Below, one piece after another: positions 7,778 to 16,883 of a DNA stretch of 64,000 nucleotides (position 1 is the stretch's first letter; each line of letters begins with the position of its first letter). Below the pieces are notes generated by a model, which saw only the letters and a list, made by a program, of their open reading frames with translations, searched no databases and had not been told where the DNA came from. Source of the stretch: a virus; the IMG/VR virus record IMGVR_UViG_3300025838_000001, positions 1 through 64,000 of that record; one strand, written 5' to 3'. The translations under genes and the position numbers were made by a program.

Positions 7778-8081
7778 CTAACTGTTTTTTAAACGTGTTA
7801 AAATATGCTTGTTTATCTCCTGTTTGCAGGTATAATCCTATTGACTCATCCTCTCTCTGTTCCTTTTGTATTGCCTTTCTTATCCTTTCTTCTTCCGTAA
7901 CAATCTTTCTTGGCTTGATCACTCGAACCGGCTTGGGTTTCAAATCTGCCTCTGTTCCTTCTATTACATTCATTGCTGATTTACATTGAGGACAAACACC
8001 TTCGTTTGGTCCATCCTCATCAAAACCAAATATTGCTAGATGGTTGAAGTGTATGTTACAAGATGTACAGACGTAACTCAT
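7734..8081 (-). CDS. Zinc-ribbon protein
   Basis: CTSC...(24 aa)...CPQC pair. Confidence 0.5.
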   Translation of the reverse strand: MSYVCTSCNIHFNHLAIFGFDEDGPNEGVCPQCKSAMNVIEGTEADLKPKPVRVIKPRKIVTEEERIRKAIQKEQREDESIGLYLQTGDKQAYFNTFKKQLDGYPGSDTSAQPAE

Positions 8082-8087
8082 TTAATA

Positions 8088-8711
8088 TCAAAACGGTAAA
8101 TCGTCTAAAGGTTCTTTTAATTCTGCCGGATTTTGAATTGAATTTTCCTTAGACAATCCCGATTCTGTACCAGGCTGATCAAACTCAGTCTCTCCTTCAG
8201 CCAAGAACTCAGAAACAAAAGTTAAACTCAACAACCATTTCTTCCAGAACTCAATCTGTTTAGATCCGTCCCATTCAACATCACCCTTCCACTCACGGCT
8301 TTCCACCGGAGGAAGTTCACCCATGTTATCCTTAGTAAAAGCGTGTTTAAGCGGCTTCCCTGATTGAGTAACAAAACAGGTTGTTTGTGGCTTACCATCT
8401 TTTAATTTATGGCTGGCAGATATACGAACTTTCATCGTAGGATCACCAGTACGCAGGGAATTGCAAAAACCACGGAAGTATCCGCTGTCTGTACGCATCT
8501 GCAATAAAAACCGTTCCCCTTTGTCTACTATTGTAAACTGGGCAACCTCATACTTCTTACCATTGTACTCGTCCTGTTTAAAATCCACCTTAACGATAGT
8601 GCCGGAGAGTGATTGGAAGAAGTCTGGCTCACCACCTTTCTCTTTGGTGTACAGTTTGCCCTCTTTGATATTGACATACGTAACTCTTCCTGAATCTTTT
8701 TCAAGTCCCAT
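8088..8711 (-). CDS. Single-stranded DNA-binding protein (non-canonical body, canonical acidic tail)
   Basis: C-terminus ...EPLDDLPF is the SSB-type protein-interaction tail. Beta-rich N-terminal body; replication-module context. Confidence 0.55.
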   Translation of the reverse strand: MGLEKDSGRVTYVNIKEGKLYTKEKGGEPDFFQSLSGTIVKVDFKQDEYNGKKYEVAQFTIVDKGERFLLQMRTDSGYFRGFCNSLRTGDPTMKVRISASHKLKDGKPQTTCFVTQSGKPLKHAFTKDNMGELPPVESREWKGDVEWDGSKQIEFWKKWLLSLTFVSEFLAEGETEFDQPGTESGLSKENSIQNPAELKEPLDDLPF

Positions 8712-8818
8712 TTTGTTTTTGTTTTATGTTTTTTACGGAAAATGTTTTCAATATACTCTTTACTGTGACCACTGGCCGCTAGTGAAAGAGCCTCCATAGC
8801 GTCATCGGTTATCATACC

Positions 8819-8968
8819 CTACTTCTTTTTGTTTTTCCTTGCCGCCAAAGCCTCCTGAACAAGGAGACATACCATGCTGCTAAAAGAAGTCTCTCTCTTC
8901 TCCTTAGCCCTTTCCTTATGTACTTCCGCTATTACGGTATCTGGGAAAGACGAGTTGATCTGTGCCAT
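8819..8968 (-). CDS. Small basic protein (49 aa), possible RHH-type regulator
   Basis: ATG at 8968, TAG at 8819-8821 (MAQINSSFPDTVIAEVHKERAKEKRETSF...). Below the ORF-track cutoff. First gene downstream of promoter/operator copy 2. Confidence 0.4.
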   Translation of the reverse strand: MAQINSSFPDTVIAEVHKERAKEKRETSFSSMVCLLVQEALAARKNKKK

Positions 8969-9012
8969 TGATTTTTGTTTGGTGAATAATACTTTTCTGA
9001 CATGTATTGAAA

Positions 9013-9065
9013 TGCTAAGATAATGTACATTACATTACAATCCAAATAAATTGAAAAATATTTTT
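9013..9065 (-). promoter_or_regulatory. 53-bp promoter/operator element, copy 2
   Basis: Identical to 679-731; palindrome TAATGTACATTA at 9021-9032. Confidence 0.6.
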
Positions 9066-9153
9066 TAGGCGGGTAGAATTTAGCGTATAGGGACCGTGGC
9101 ATAATCGAGTACCAAGCCCACGCACAGACCCTTTGCTTCTCTTTTTAGCGAAA

Positions 9154-9297
9154 GTTTTGATCAATAATAGTTTTTACTTTCACGGGAGATTCTTGGCTTT
9201 TAAAAGCACCGAAAAGAAAGATAATCAGAAAGGAAATGGGAAAGCTAATAACTAATCTTTATGTTAAATGGCGCACAGCGAACTTCCTTGTTTTTTT
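9154..9297 (+). repeat. Inverted-repeat arm L (44-nt perfect core 9154-9197, then diverged blocks)
   Basis: The core GTTTTGATCAATAATAGTTTTTACTTTCACGGGAGATTCTTGGC is the exact reverse complement of 10676-10719. Further shared blocks: AAAAG[C/T][A/G]CCGAAAAGAAAGA, AAATGGGAAAG, TAATAACT, TTATGTTA, AACTTCCTTGTTTTTTT. Confidence 0.9.
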
Positions 9298-9366
9298 CCC
9301 ACGCTTCACTTGTAACGGTGAGGAGTATTAAAGGGAGAAACAATGACAAGTCATTGTGTGGAGTTT

Positions 9367-10272
9367 CTAATTAAAAAGTTCAGGAGGTTTGCTATCGTTT
9401 CGAGAATTGTGTTTTAAAATCTTTGTTACTACATAAGATTTATTTACAAAAGTATTTGCTATTGCATCATATTCCATTAAAATATCCATTTCAACTTCTA
9501 GTGTATCTCCCAATCTAAACGCTTCGCCTTTTTCTATTTTCCCCGAAAAAGCATCATCGTTTATTTTGGCAACTATTCTATTCCCTTTATAATAGAACTC
9601 CCACTTCTTTTTTAGAGAAAAATCAATTCCGCCTATAATGTTTAAAAGTGCGTCTTGAACTGTTTCATTTTTTTGGGTAGGCCCAATTTTATCTGACCCA
9701 GATTGAGCAATATCTGCGAAATCTTCTTTTGGTATTTCAACTGAATTTTCTTTGTTTTTAGGATCAATTACCTCAAATCCAGTAACACCATTATCCGCAT
9801 CTAATGTTTCAAAAGTTTGTGACATGTGCTTTTCGATTGCACTATTTTGATATATTTTATATACCCTATTGTCAATGTAGGTAACATTTCCTTTTACATC
9901 CTCAATTTTTACTCCATTATTTGTTGTTTCAATATTCTTTGGGCTTTTCCCTTTTAGAAATTTGAATATTTTATACGCACCCGTTAAAAGACCAATAACA
10001 TCTTTGGCATGGGTTAAGTTTTCATGGGTAAAAAGTTGAGCTACATTTTGTATGCTTTGAGATAAAATAATTAAATCTATTTCAAAACTTCCGGGCTTCG
10101 GACTGGCGTTAATTCTGACTTCTATTTTTTTTGTTTCATCTATCTCTGCACTTATTTCTTGTATGATAGCTGTAAAGTGCAGAAAAGAATTAATAAAGGT
10201 ATTAGCCTCTATTTGGTGAGATGGGCCATCAAATTTTACTTTTAACTCTTGCATACCCGTAACATTAGACAT
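9367..10272 (-). CDS. Orphan 301-aa protein, unknown function, AT-rich cargo between the inverted repeats
   Basis: Long ORF that is visibly more AT-rich than its flanks. Own TACTTTTG -7 box (complement of 10353-10360). 8-bp hairpin ACAATGAC..GTCATTGT lies just 3' of the stop. No motif recognised. Confidence 0.7.
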   Translation of the reverse strand: MSNVTGMQELKVKFDGPSHQIEANTFINSFLHFTAIIQEISAEIDETKKIEVRINASPKPGSFEIDLIILSQSIQNVAQLFTHENLTHAKDVIGLLTGAYKIFKFLKGKSPKNIETTNNGVKIEDVKGNVTYIDNRVYKIYQNSAIEKHMSQTFETLDADNGVTGFEVIDPKNKENSVEIPKEDFADIAQSGSDKIGPTQKNETVQDALLNIIGGIDFSLKKKWEFYYKGNRIVAKINDDAFSGKIEKGEAFRLGDTLEVEMDILMEYDAIANTFVNKSYVVTKILKHNSRNDSKPPELFN

Positions 10273-10480
10273 ATAAATAGATTTGGTTGCGGGGGGAGAT
10301 ATTAAACTTAAAGATTATAATTGATTCCCTAACCTTCTATTTTTTAATAGAACAAAAGTACAGTATTATACTAAAAATTTAGAATAAACTACTATAAAAT
10401 ATAAATTAATTAGGATAAAACACTTTGGTGCCCATGGGGCACCCCTTCCCAATTGATTATAGCGAAGGGCCCCGCCACAC

Positions 10481-10719
10481 AAAAAAACAAGGAAGTTCTT
10501 CCCGCAACGTGGCTTTTTTAAGCTACGCAAAATAAAAAAGCCCCTTCACAGGGGCTAACCAAGTAACATAATGTTGAGTTATTATCTTTCCCATTTATCT
10601 GTTTAAACTCTTTCTTTTCGGCACTTTTAGGGATTTTGTCCCACCTACACATTACCTGGAAAACAAAATCCCTACGCCAAGAATCTCCCGTGAAAGTAAA
10701 AACTATTATTGATCAAAAC
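10481..10719 (-). repeat. Inverted-repeat arm R (44-nt perfect core 10676-10719, diverged blocks, two arm-specific insertions)
   Basis: Block-by-block alignment to arm L. Arm R-specific insert 1 is a 12-bp perfect hairpin (10628-10674). Insert 2 carries back-to-back terminators (about 10473-10556). Confidence 0.9.
10529..10556 (-). terminator. Rho-independent terminator inside arm R
   Basis: Minus strand: AGCCCCT-GTGA-AGGGGCT followed by TTTTTTATTTT. No protein gene lies upstream on that strand. Confidence 0.6.
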
Positions 10720-10809
10720 AATGCCTTCGTGAAATATTTTTCATAAAATTTTATAAATATTTTTCTTCCAGTAGCCCTGTGGGTATTTTATAGTCTAAAA
10801 ATAATCACC

Positions 10810-11028
10810 ATGGCTTCAAATGCGTTTAAAGTAAACGTCTACGAGATCAACGGTATTCCGCAGAAAAACATCTATCAGATCGGTTTCCCAGATTCCGGTG
10901 CGTGTTTGTTTTTAAACTACACGGGTAATAACCCTTTGTGTAATGCGTATGTACAAACGTTGAGTAATCAGTACCAGTATTCTGTTGCTGAAACTGTAGC
11001 GGCTCTGGTTACCCTGGCTAACACCTAG
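10810..11028 (+). CDS. Hypothetical protein (72 aa)
   Basis: ORF track; followed by a terminator. Confidence 0.5.
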   Translation: MASNAFKVNVYEINGIPQKNIYQIGFPDSGACLFLNYTGNNPLCNAYVQTLSNQYQYSVAETVAALVTLANT

Positions 11029-11054
11029 TGGTAATTGAGTTAAGAACCTATTAA

Positions 11055-11082
11055 ATAGCCCTGCTTGTTGGGGCTATTTTTG
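11055..11082 (+). terminator. Rho-independent terminator
   Basis: ATAGCCC-loop-GGGCTAT followed by a T-run. Overlaps the stop of the convergent gene 11074-11463. Confidence 0.55.
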
Positions 11083-11463
11083 TTCCCTTTCATTAGCCCT
11101 TAACTCTATGAGAGGAACACCTTTAGACTCCATTTCTTCCAGCTCCGCATCTGTGTTGGTATTCAAGTATTTTTTACGCAAACTGATCACCGCTGCAAAC
11201 GTGTCTTCCATCTTCTTAACCATCTCCTGATAGTTTTTTATTGAATTGTCTTCAAGTGATAACTTAGATCCGTTTAACACCTTGGCCATCTCATTATTTT
11301 TTCTGTTCATGGCAAAATAAAGAGCAAACGGACTGTCTTTTTCAAAGCTGTCTACTACGTCCCGGAGGTATTCATTTTCTTCCGTTAAAGCGGCTATTTT
11401 TTGCGATTCCGTCATCTCGCCAGTAGGCTTTTTTTCAGGTATTCTTGTTTTTGTCGTTCCCAT
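11074..11463 (-). CDS. Hypothetical coiled-coil protein (129 aa)
   Basis: ORF track. Confidence 0.55.
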   Translation of the reverse strand: MGTTKTRIPEKKPTGEMTESQKIAALTEENEYLRDVVDSFEKDSPFALYFAMNRKNNEMAKVLNGSKLSLEDNSIKNYQEMVKKMEDTFAAVISLRKKYLNTNTDAELEEMESKGVPLIELRANEREQK

Positions 11464-11537
11464 TATTCAAAAATATTTATAAATTTTTTGTATAAAAAAT
11501 TATTTTAAAAATATTTATTCATTACTTTGTAGGCGTT

Positions 11538-11759
11538 ATGAATCAACCTAAACTCACAAAAGAAGCCGGTTACTTCCTGTTGGAGAACCCGGACCTTCTG
11601 GTAGAAGCCGCAAAAATGACCGGTATTAGCTATGCAGGTGTTACCTCTGCGGCTAAGAGAAGATCCACAACGCTTACTACCTACCACTTGGTAATGCTCC
11701 TGTCACGGAGAATGTACTTACCCCCTGAAAAAATAGTTGAGATAACTGAAAAGCAATAA
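11538..11759 (+). CDS. Small HTH-like protein, first gene of the chaperonin operon
   Basis: AAKMTGISYAGVTSAAKRR is a helix-turn-helix-like segment. Its stop lies 2 nt before groES. Confidence 0.4.
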   Translation: MNQPKLTKEAGYFLLENPDLLVEAAKMTGISYAGVTSAAKRRSTTLTTYHLVMLLSRRMYLPPEKIVEITEKQ

Positions 11760-11761
11760 TT

Positions 11762-12046
11762 ATGATTCCTATTGACAACAGAGTGCTTATCCTCCCTGAA
11801 CCTGCAGAAGACAAAGGACAGTTTATAACACCAGATACGGCTAGGCCAAAACCCATGAGAGGGAAAGTTATTGCCGTAGGTGCCGGGGAAAGGCGTAAAT
11901 CAGACGGAGGTCTTATGCCTATGACCTGTGAGGTGGGAGATACTGCCGTGTACTCTAAGTTTGGTGGGACAGATGTGGAGATTGATGGAGTCGAGTATGT
12001 GGTTATGAAAGAAAGCGAAGTATTAATGGTTCTTAAACCCGAATGA
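11762..12046 (+). CDS. groES: Co-chaperonin GroES (Cpn10)
   Basis: MIPIDNRVLILPEP...KPMRGKVIAVGAGER...EVGDTAVYSKFGGTDVEIDGVEYVVMKESEVLMVL aligns along the whole Cpn10 pattern. Confidence 0.85.
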   Translation: MIPIDNRVLILPEPAEDKGQFITPDTARPKPMRGKVIAVGAGERRKSDGGLMPMTCEVGDTAVYSKFGGTDVEIDGVEYVVMKESEVLMVLKPE

Positions 12047-13647
<1,601 letters not shown>

Positions 13648-13648
<1 letters not shown>

Positions 13649-14379
13649 TGGAAAAGAAAAATCTTCCATATAGAGGTAGTACGGAGAATTTTGTTAACGC
13701 ATCTGTGACAATAACAGGGGTGTATCCCAATAGAAAAGCCCGTAGGGAAAAAGAAAAGATCAGAGAGAAAAAAATAGCAAAACACATGATACCTACAGGA
13801 GAAAACATAATCATCCGTTCTGCCCTTAACCAGAAACAGGCTTTTTCCTTTAAAAGAGAAGACGGTTCTACCATGTCGCTAAGTTTTATCCCGAACAGGC
13901 ATAAATATGAAAGCAATGGTATTGTTACTAATCCGGTAGTGGCCGAGGTGATTGTAGATAATAAACAGTTCCCGTACATAAAGAAAGGAGACTTTATCAT
14001 CCTTCACCACAATATTATCTTCAATAAAGCTATGGAGATAGAAACAGATGATCAAGAACAGTGGAGACTACAGGCTATCCCGGTAGATAGGTGGATTATG
14101 GGTTCTATTGTTGAAGGGGAGGTTATGCCTTTCCCTGATAATGTGGTTTGTGAAAGAGTATTACAGGAAGAGTCTGGAATGTTCCTTATGCCTGAGATTA
14201 TCAAAGAAAAGCCATTAGCCGACAAGTGTACAGTACTTAGGTCCGGTGATGAAAACTTTGAACCTGGTCAAACAGTGGTGATCAAAAAATGGGCAGATTA
14301 TGAGGTTGTGTTTATGTGGGACGGAGAAGAAAAAAGAAGAGTTATCGTTTGGAAAGAAGATATTGAAATGATTTTGTAG
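13648..14379 (+). CDS. Tandem Cpn10-like (double GroES-fold) protein
   Basis: TAATG overlap with groEL. Two GroES-like units: MIPTGENIIIR...VVAEVIVDNKQFPYIKKGDFIIL, and VVCERVLQEESGMFLMPEIIKEKPLADKCTVLRSGDENFEPGQTVVIKKW...VIVWKEDIEMIL. Confidence 0.5.
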
Positions 14380-14452
14380 TTTTACACAGAACGGAGGTGC
14401 AATCTATCCATTGAACGAAGCAGGTTAACTTAAAACGTTAGCCTGTTTTCTT

Positions 14453-15238
14453 TTAAAACATTGTTTGCATCTGCAATAATGGTTCTATTCTTTTATTTGA
14501 CAACTCGCAATATTCTGAACTTATTTCACTTAAAATAAAATTTCGTCTATTTCTTATTGCTGATTTAGCAGTTGTGCCTGACCCGCCAAAAGGATCATAT
14601 ATTAGATCGCCTTCATTGCTCCAAGATTGTATTTGATCAGAACACAATTTCTCTGGAAAAGGTGCAGGATGCCCGGTTATTTCAGAACCTAATGTATAAT
14701 AAAATATATTCCCTTTTATTTTGTGAGTATTCGTAACAACAATTTCATCTCTTCGTCTTTGAGCACCTTCTTTTATTGTTGAACAATATCCCTTTCTCTT
14801 TAAATTATATGATTCTCCTCCACCCTTACACTCAACTTTAATAGGATTAAACGTTTTTGGTTTCCCTTTGCTAAAACAAAACATATACTCAAATTCTTGC
14901 TCATAACGATTATGCGTTAAAGGGATAAAATTTTCTTTAGCATAAATCATGGTATCATGTAATAAAAAACCTTCATATGTAAACTTTATCGCTTGTTTAA
15001 AAGAAGTAAGAGATTCTGTTCCGTTTATGGTGGAATCTCCTACAACCCATATAACACAACCTCCGGGTTTCATTATTCGATAAAGTTGTTTAGATATTGA
15101 ATCGAAATCAAAAGAGAATCCATTGTATTTTCTAAGTTTATCATAAGGAGGGCTTGTTACAACAAGATCAATATAATCATCTGACATATTAGACATTGTT
15201 ACTAAACAATCTTCGTTATAAATTTTATTTATTATCAT
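14453..15238 (-). CDS. Orphan N4/N6 DNA methyltransferase (beta-class, SPPY)
   Basis: Motif IV VVTSPPYD precedes motif I DPFGGSGTT. No adjacent endonuclease gene. Visibly AT-rich. Confidence 0.85.
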   Translation of the reverse strand: MIINKIYNEDCLVTMSNMSDDYIDLVVTSPPYDKLRKYNGFSFDFDSISKQLYRIMKPGGCVIWVVGDSTINGTESLTSFKQAIKFTYEGFLLHDTMIYAKENFIPLTHNRYEQEFEYMFCFSKGKPKTFNPIKVECKGGGESYNLKRKGYCSTIKEGAQRRRDEIVVTNTHKIKGNIFYYTLGSEITGHPAPFPEKLCSDQIQSWSNEGDLIYDPFGGSGTTAKSAIRNRRNFILSEISSEYCELSNKRIEPLLQMQTMF

Positions 15239-15626
15239 TTTTTATATTTTGTTATTACATAACACCCCTATTTACTCACCCTATGTTGGGTTGCATTTAA
15301 CTAGCTAAGTTTTATCTCACCCTTCATTTACAGCATAAGTATTTAACTACTTATCCCTTCTGTAAATTAAGCATAATAAAGGACTTATTGATATAGCCAT
15401 CATTAGCACAGATAAAGGCAATCTTAGTACTTAGGAGTACTTGGTGATTTCTTGTTAAGGGTCTTCGGGTGTGGTACGGAAGTTGCCCATGATTGCCACG
15501 TAGAAACGCAAATAACTATTTTTTATTTTTGAGATTTTGCTGCTTTGTAAAGGCAATCCGGTCAAATTGTTTCAAAACACCGGATTTATTTAAAATCCAA
15601 TGTTTTATTTGTAAGTAAATAACATA

Positions 15627-15768
15627 AATAAAAAGCCCCGAAGGTTAGTTGAGGTAGAACCGGTCTGGATTTTACTCCTCGCCTCTCAACCACCCTTCGG
15701 GGCGGTAATTATTCTCAATAATTCAGGGTTCTACGTCTGAACTAATTTTTTTGTGCTATCTGAATATC
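15627..15768 (-). ncRNA. Candidate small RNA (orphan promoter box, long hairpin, T-run)
   Basis: Minus-strand TATTTTTG box (complement of 15775-15782). The 10-bp outer stem GCCCCGAAGG/CCTTCGGGGC (15635-15703) has an inner stem, followed on the minus strand by TTTTATTT. No ORF. Confidence 0.3.
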
Positions 15769-15871
15769 ATTTACCAAAAATAGAAAAAATTTTTAAACAA
15801 CAAAACTTTTATATTTTCACACTATCATTAACCCGGAGCACTGATTAACAGCCCTCCACAAAACGTTAAGT

Positions 15872-16831
15872 ATGGCACCCAAACCAGGCCCCATTCAACA
15901 AAAAGCACCTGCCGCTACGGTTTACTTCCGTAGAATCGTTCCTATCAACCCGGAACTGAAATCAGGTCAAACAAAGCCACCCACGTACATTAAGACAGAA
16001 GACACTATCCTTTGGCCTTACCGGCTGCATGAGGATAAAGAACCTTCGGCTATCCCTGTTTCAACTACCCCTGAAGCATTTCAGGAAATGTTTAAGAAAG
16101 GATGGAACATCCAATGGCTACCCAGAACAATCCGGTATGTACATGGATTGCAGACCTTCTTCAAAGACGAGCAGGAACCCGGTGGAAGGGAATTAAGCAG
16201 AAACGTACTGGATAACTACGTTAACCGTGACGCATTGGTTATGATAGACGGAGAAATAAAAATACCAGGATTCGATTCAGTTCGTATCGGATACCTTACT
16301 TGTATGAACCAGTGCGAAAACCAGCATCACTTGGCTAAAAGATACCAAAACGCTACCCCGCTGTACAGATTACTTGACTTTTCTATCAAGGATAGAGAGA
16401 AAGTTGAACTCGGTAAACTCAGGGAGAAAGCATACAAGCTGGCTACCGATGCAAGAACGCAGGATATGTTACCACATGCAAAATACCTGGGTATTCAATT
16501 CCTGATTCCAGAAACAGGAGAAGACAGGGATATCGCTTCAATCAAAGAGGATTACAAAGAATATGCTTTGAATCGCCCTCAGCACTTTGTTGATAGCTTC
16601 TCTGATCCTAAAGTGAAGATTGTATTCTGGTTACAGGATCTGATCGAAAAAGCACATATCGTAATTAACTCAGGAAGAGCTATCTGGCAACAGACGGGAA
16701 CCGAAATTATGGTTATTCCCCCTGATAAAACTCCTACCGATGCCTTAGCCTCATTTGCTATGTCTGAAGCAGGGGACGAGTTTGCTGCACAGCTCAGGGC
16801 TTTCAAAACAACACAATTAGAAGAAGCCTAA
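15872..16831 (+). CDS. Hypothetical protein upstream of terminase (possible small-terminase/DNA-recognition role)
   Basis: ORF track. The role is suggested by position only; no motif recognised. Confidence 0.6.
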   Translation: MAPKPGPIQQKAPAATVYFRRIVPINPELKSGQTKPPTYIKTEDTILWPYRLHEDKEPSAIPVSTTPEAFQEMFKKGWNIQWLPRTIRYVHGLQTFFKDEQEPGGRELSRNVLDNYVNRDALVMIDGEIKIPGFDSVRIGYLTCMNQCENQHHLAKRYQNATPLYRLLDFSIKDREKVELGKLREKAYKLATDARTQDMLPHAKYLGIQFLIPETGEDRDIASIKEDYKEYALNRPQHFVDSFSDPKVKIVFWLQDLIEKAHIVINSGRAIWQQTGTEIMVIPPDKTPTDALASFAMSEAGDEFAAQLRAFKTTQLEEA

Positions 16832-16853
16832 ATCATAAAGACCGATAAGGTCG

Positions 16854-16883
16854 GCCCCGGTTCCATTGCCGGGGCTTATTTTT
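16854..16883 (+). terminator. Hairpin plus T-run between 15872-16831 and terL
   Basis: GCCCCGG-loop-CCGGGGC followed by TTATTTTT. Confidence 0.5.

Noticed and set aside
8528-8815. 95-aa minus-strand ORF overlapping the SSB start
   Set aside because: It overlaps the SSB gene out of frame. The adjacent 49-aa ORF (8819-8968) with the promoter element explains the region better.
9154-10719. Possible CRISPR array, because the 44-nt GTTTTG... repeat is the length of a long CRISPR repeat
   Set aside because: There are only two copies, in inverted rather than direct orientation, 1.5 kb apart with a protein gene between them. No spacer-repeat periodicity. The similarity extends beyond the 44-mer.
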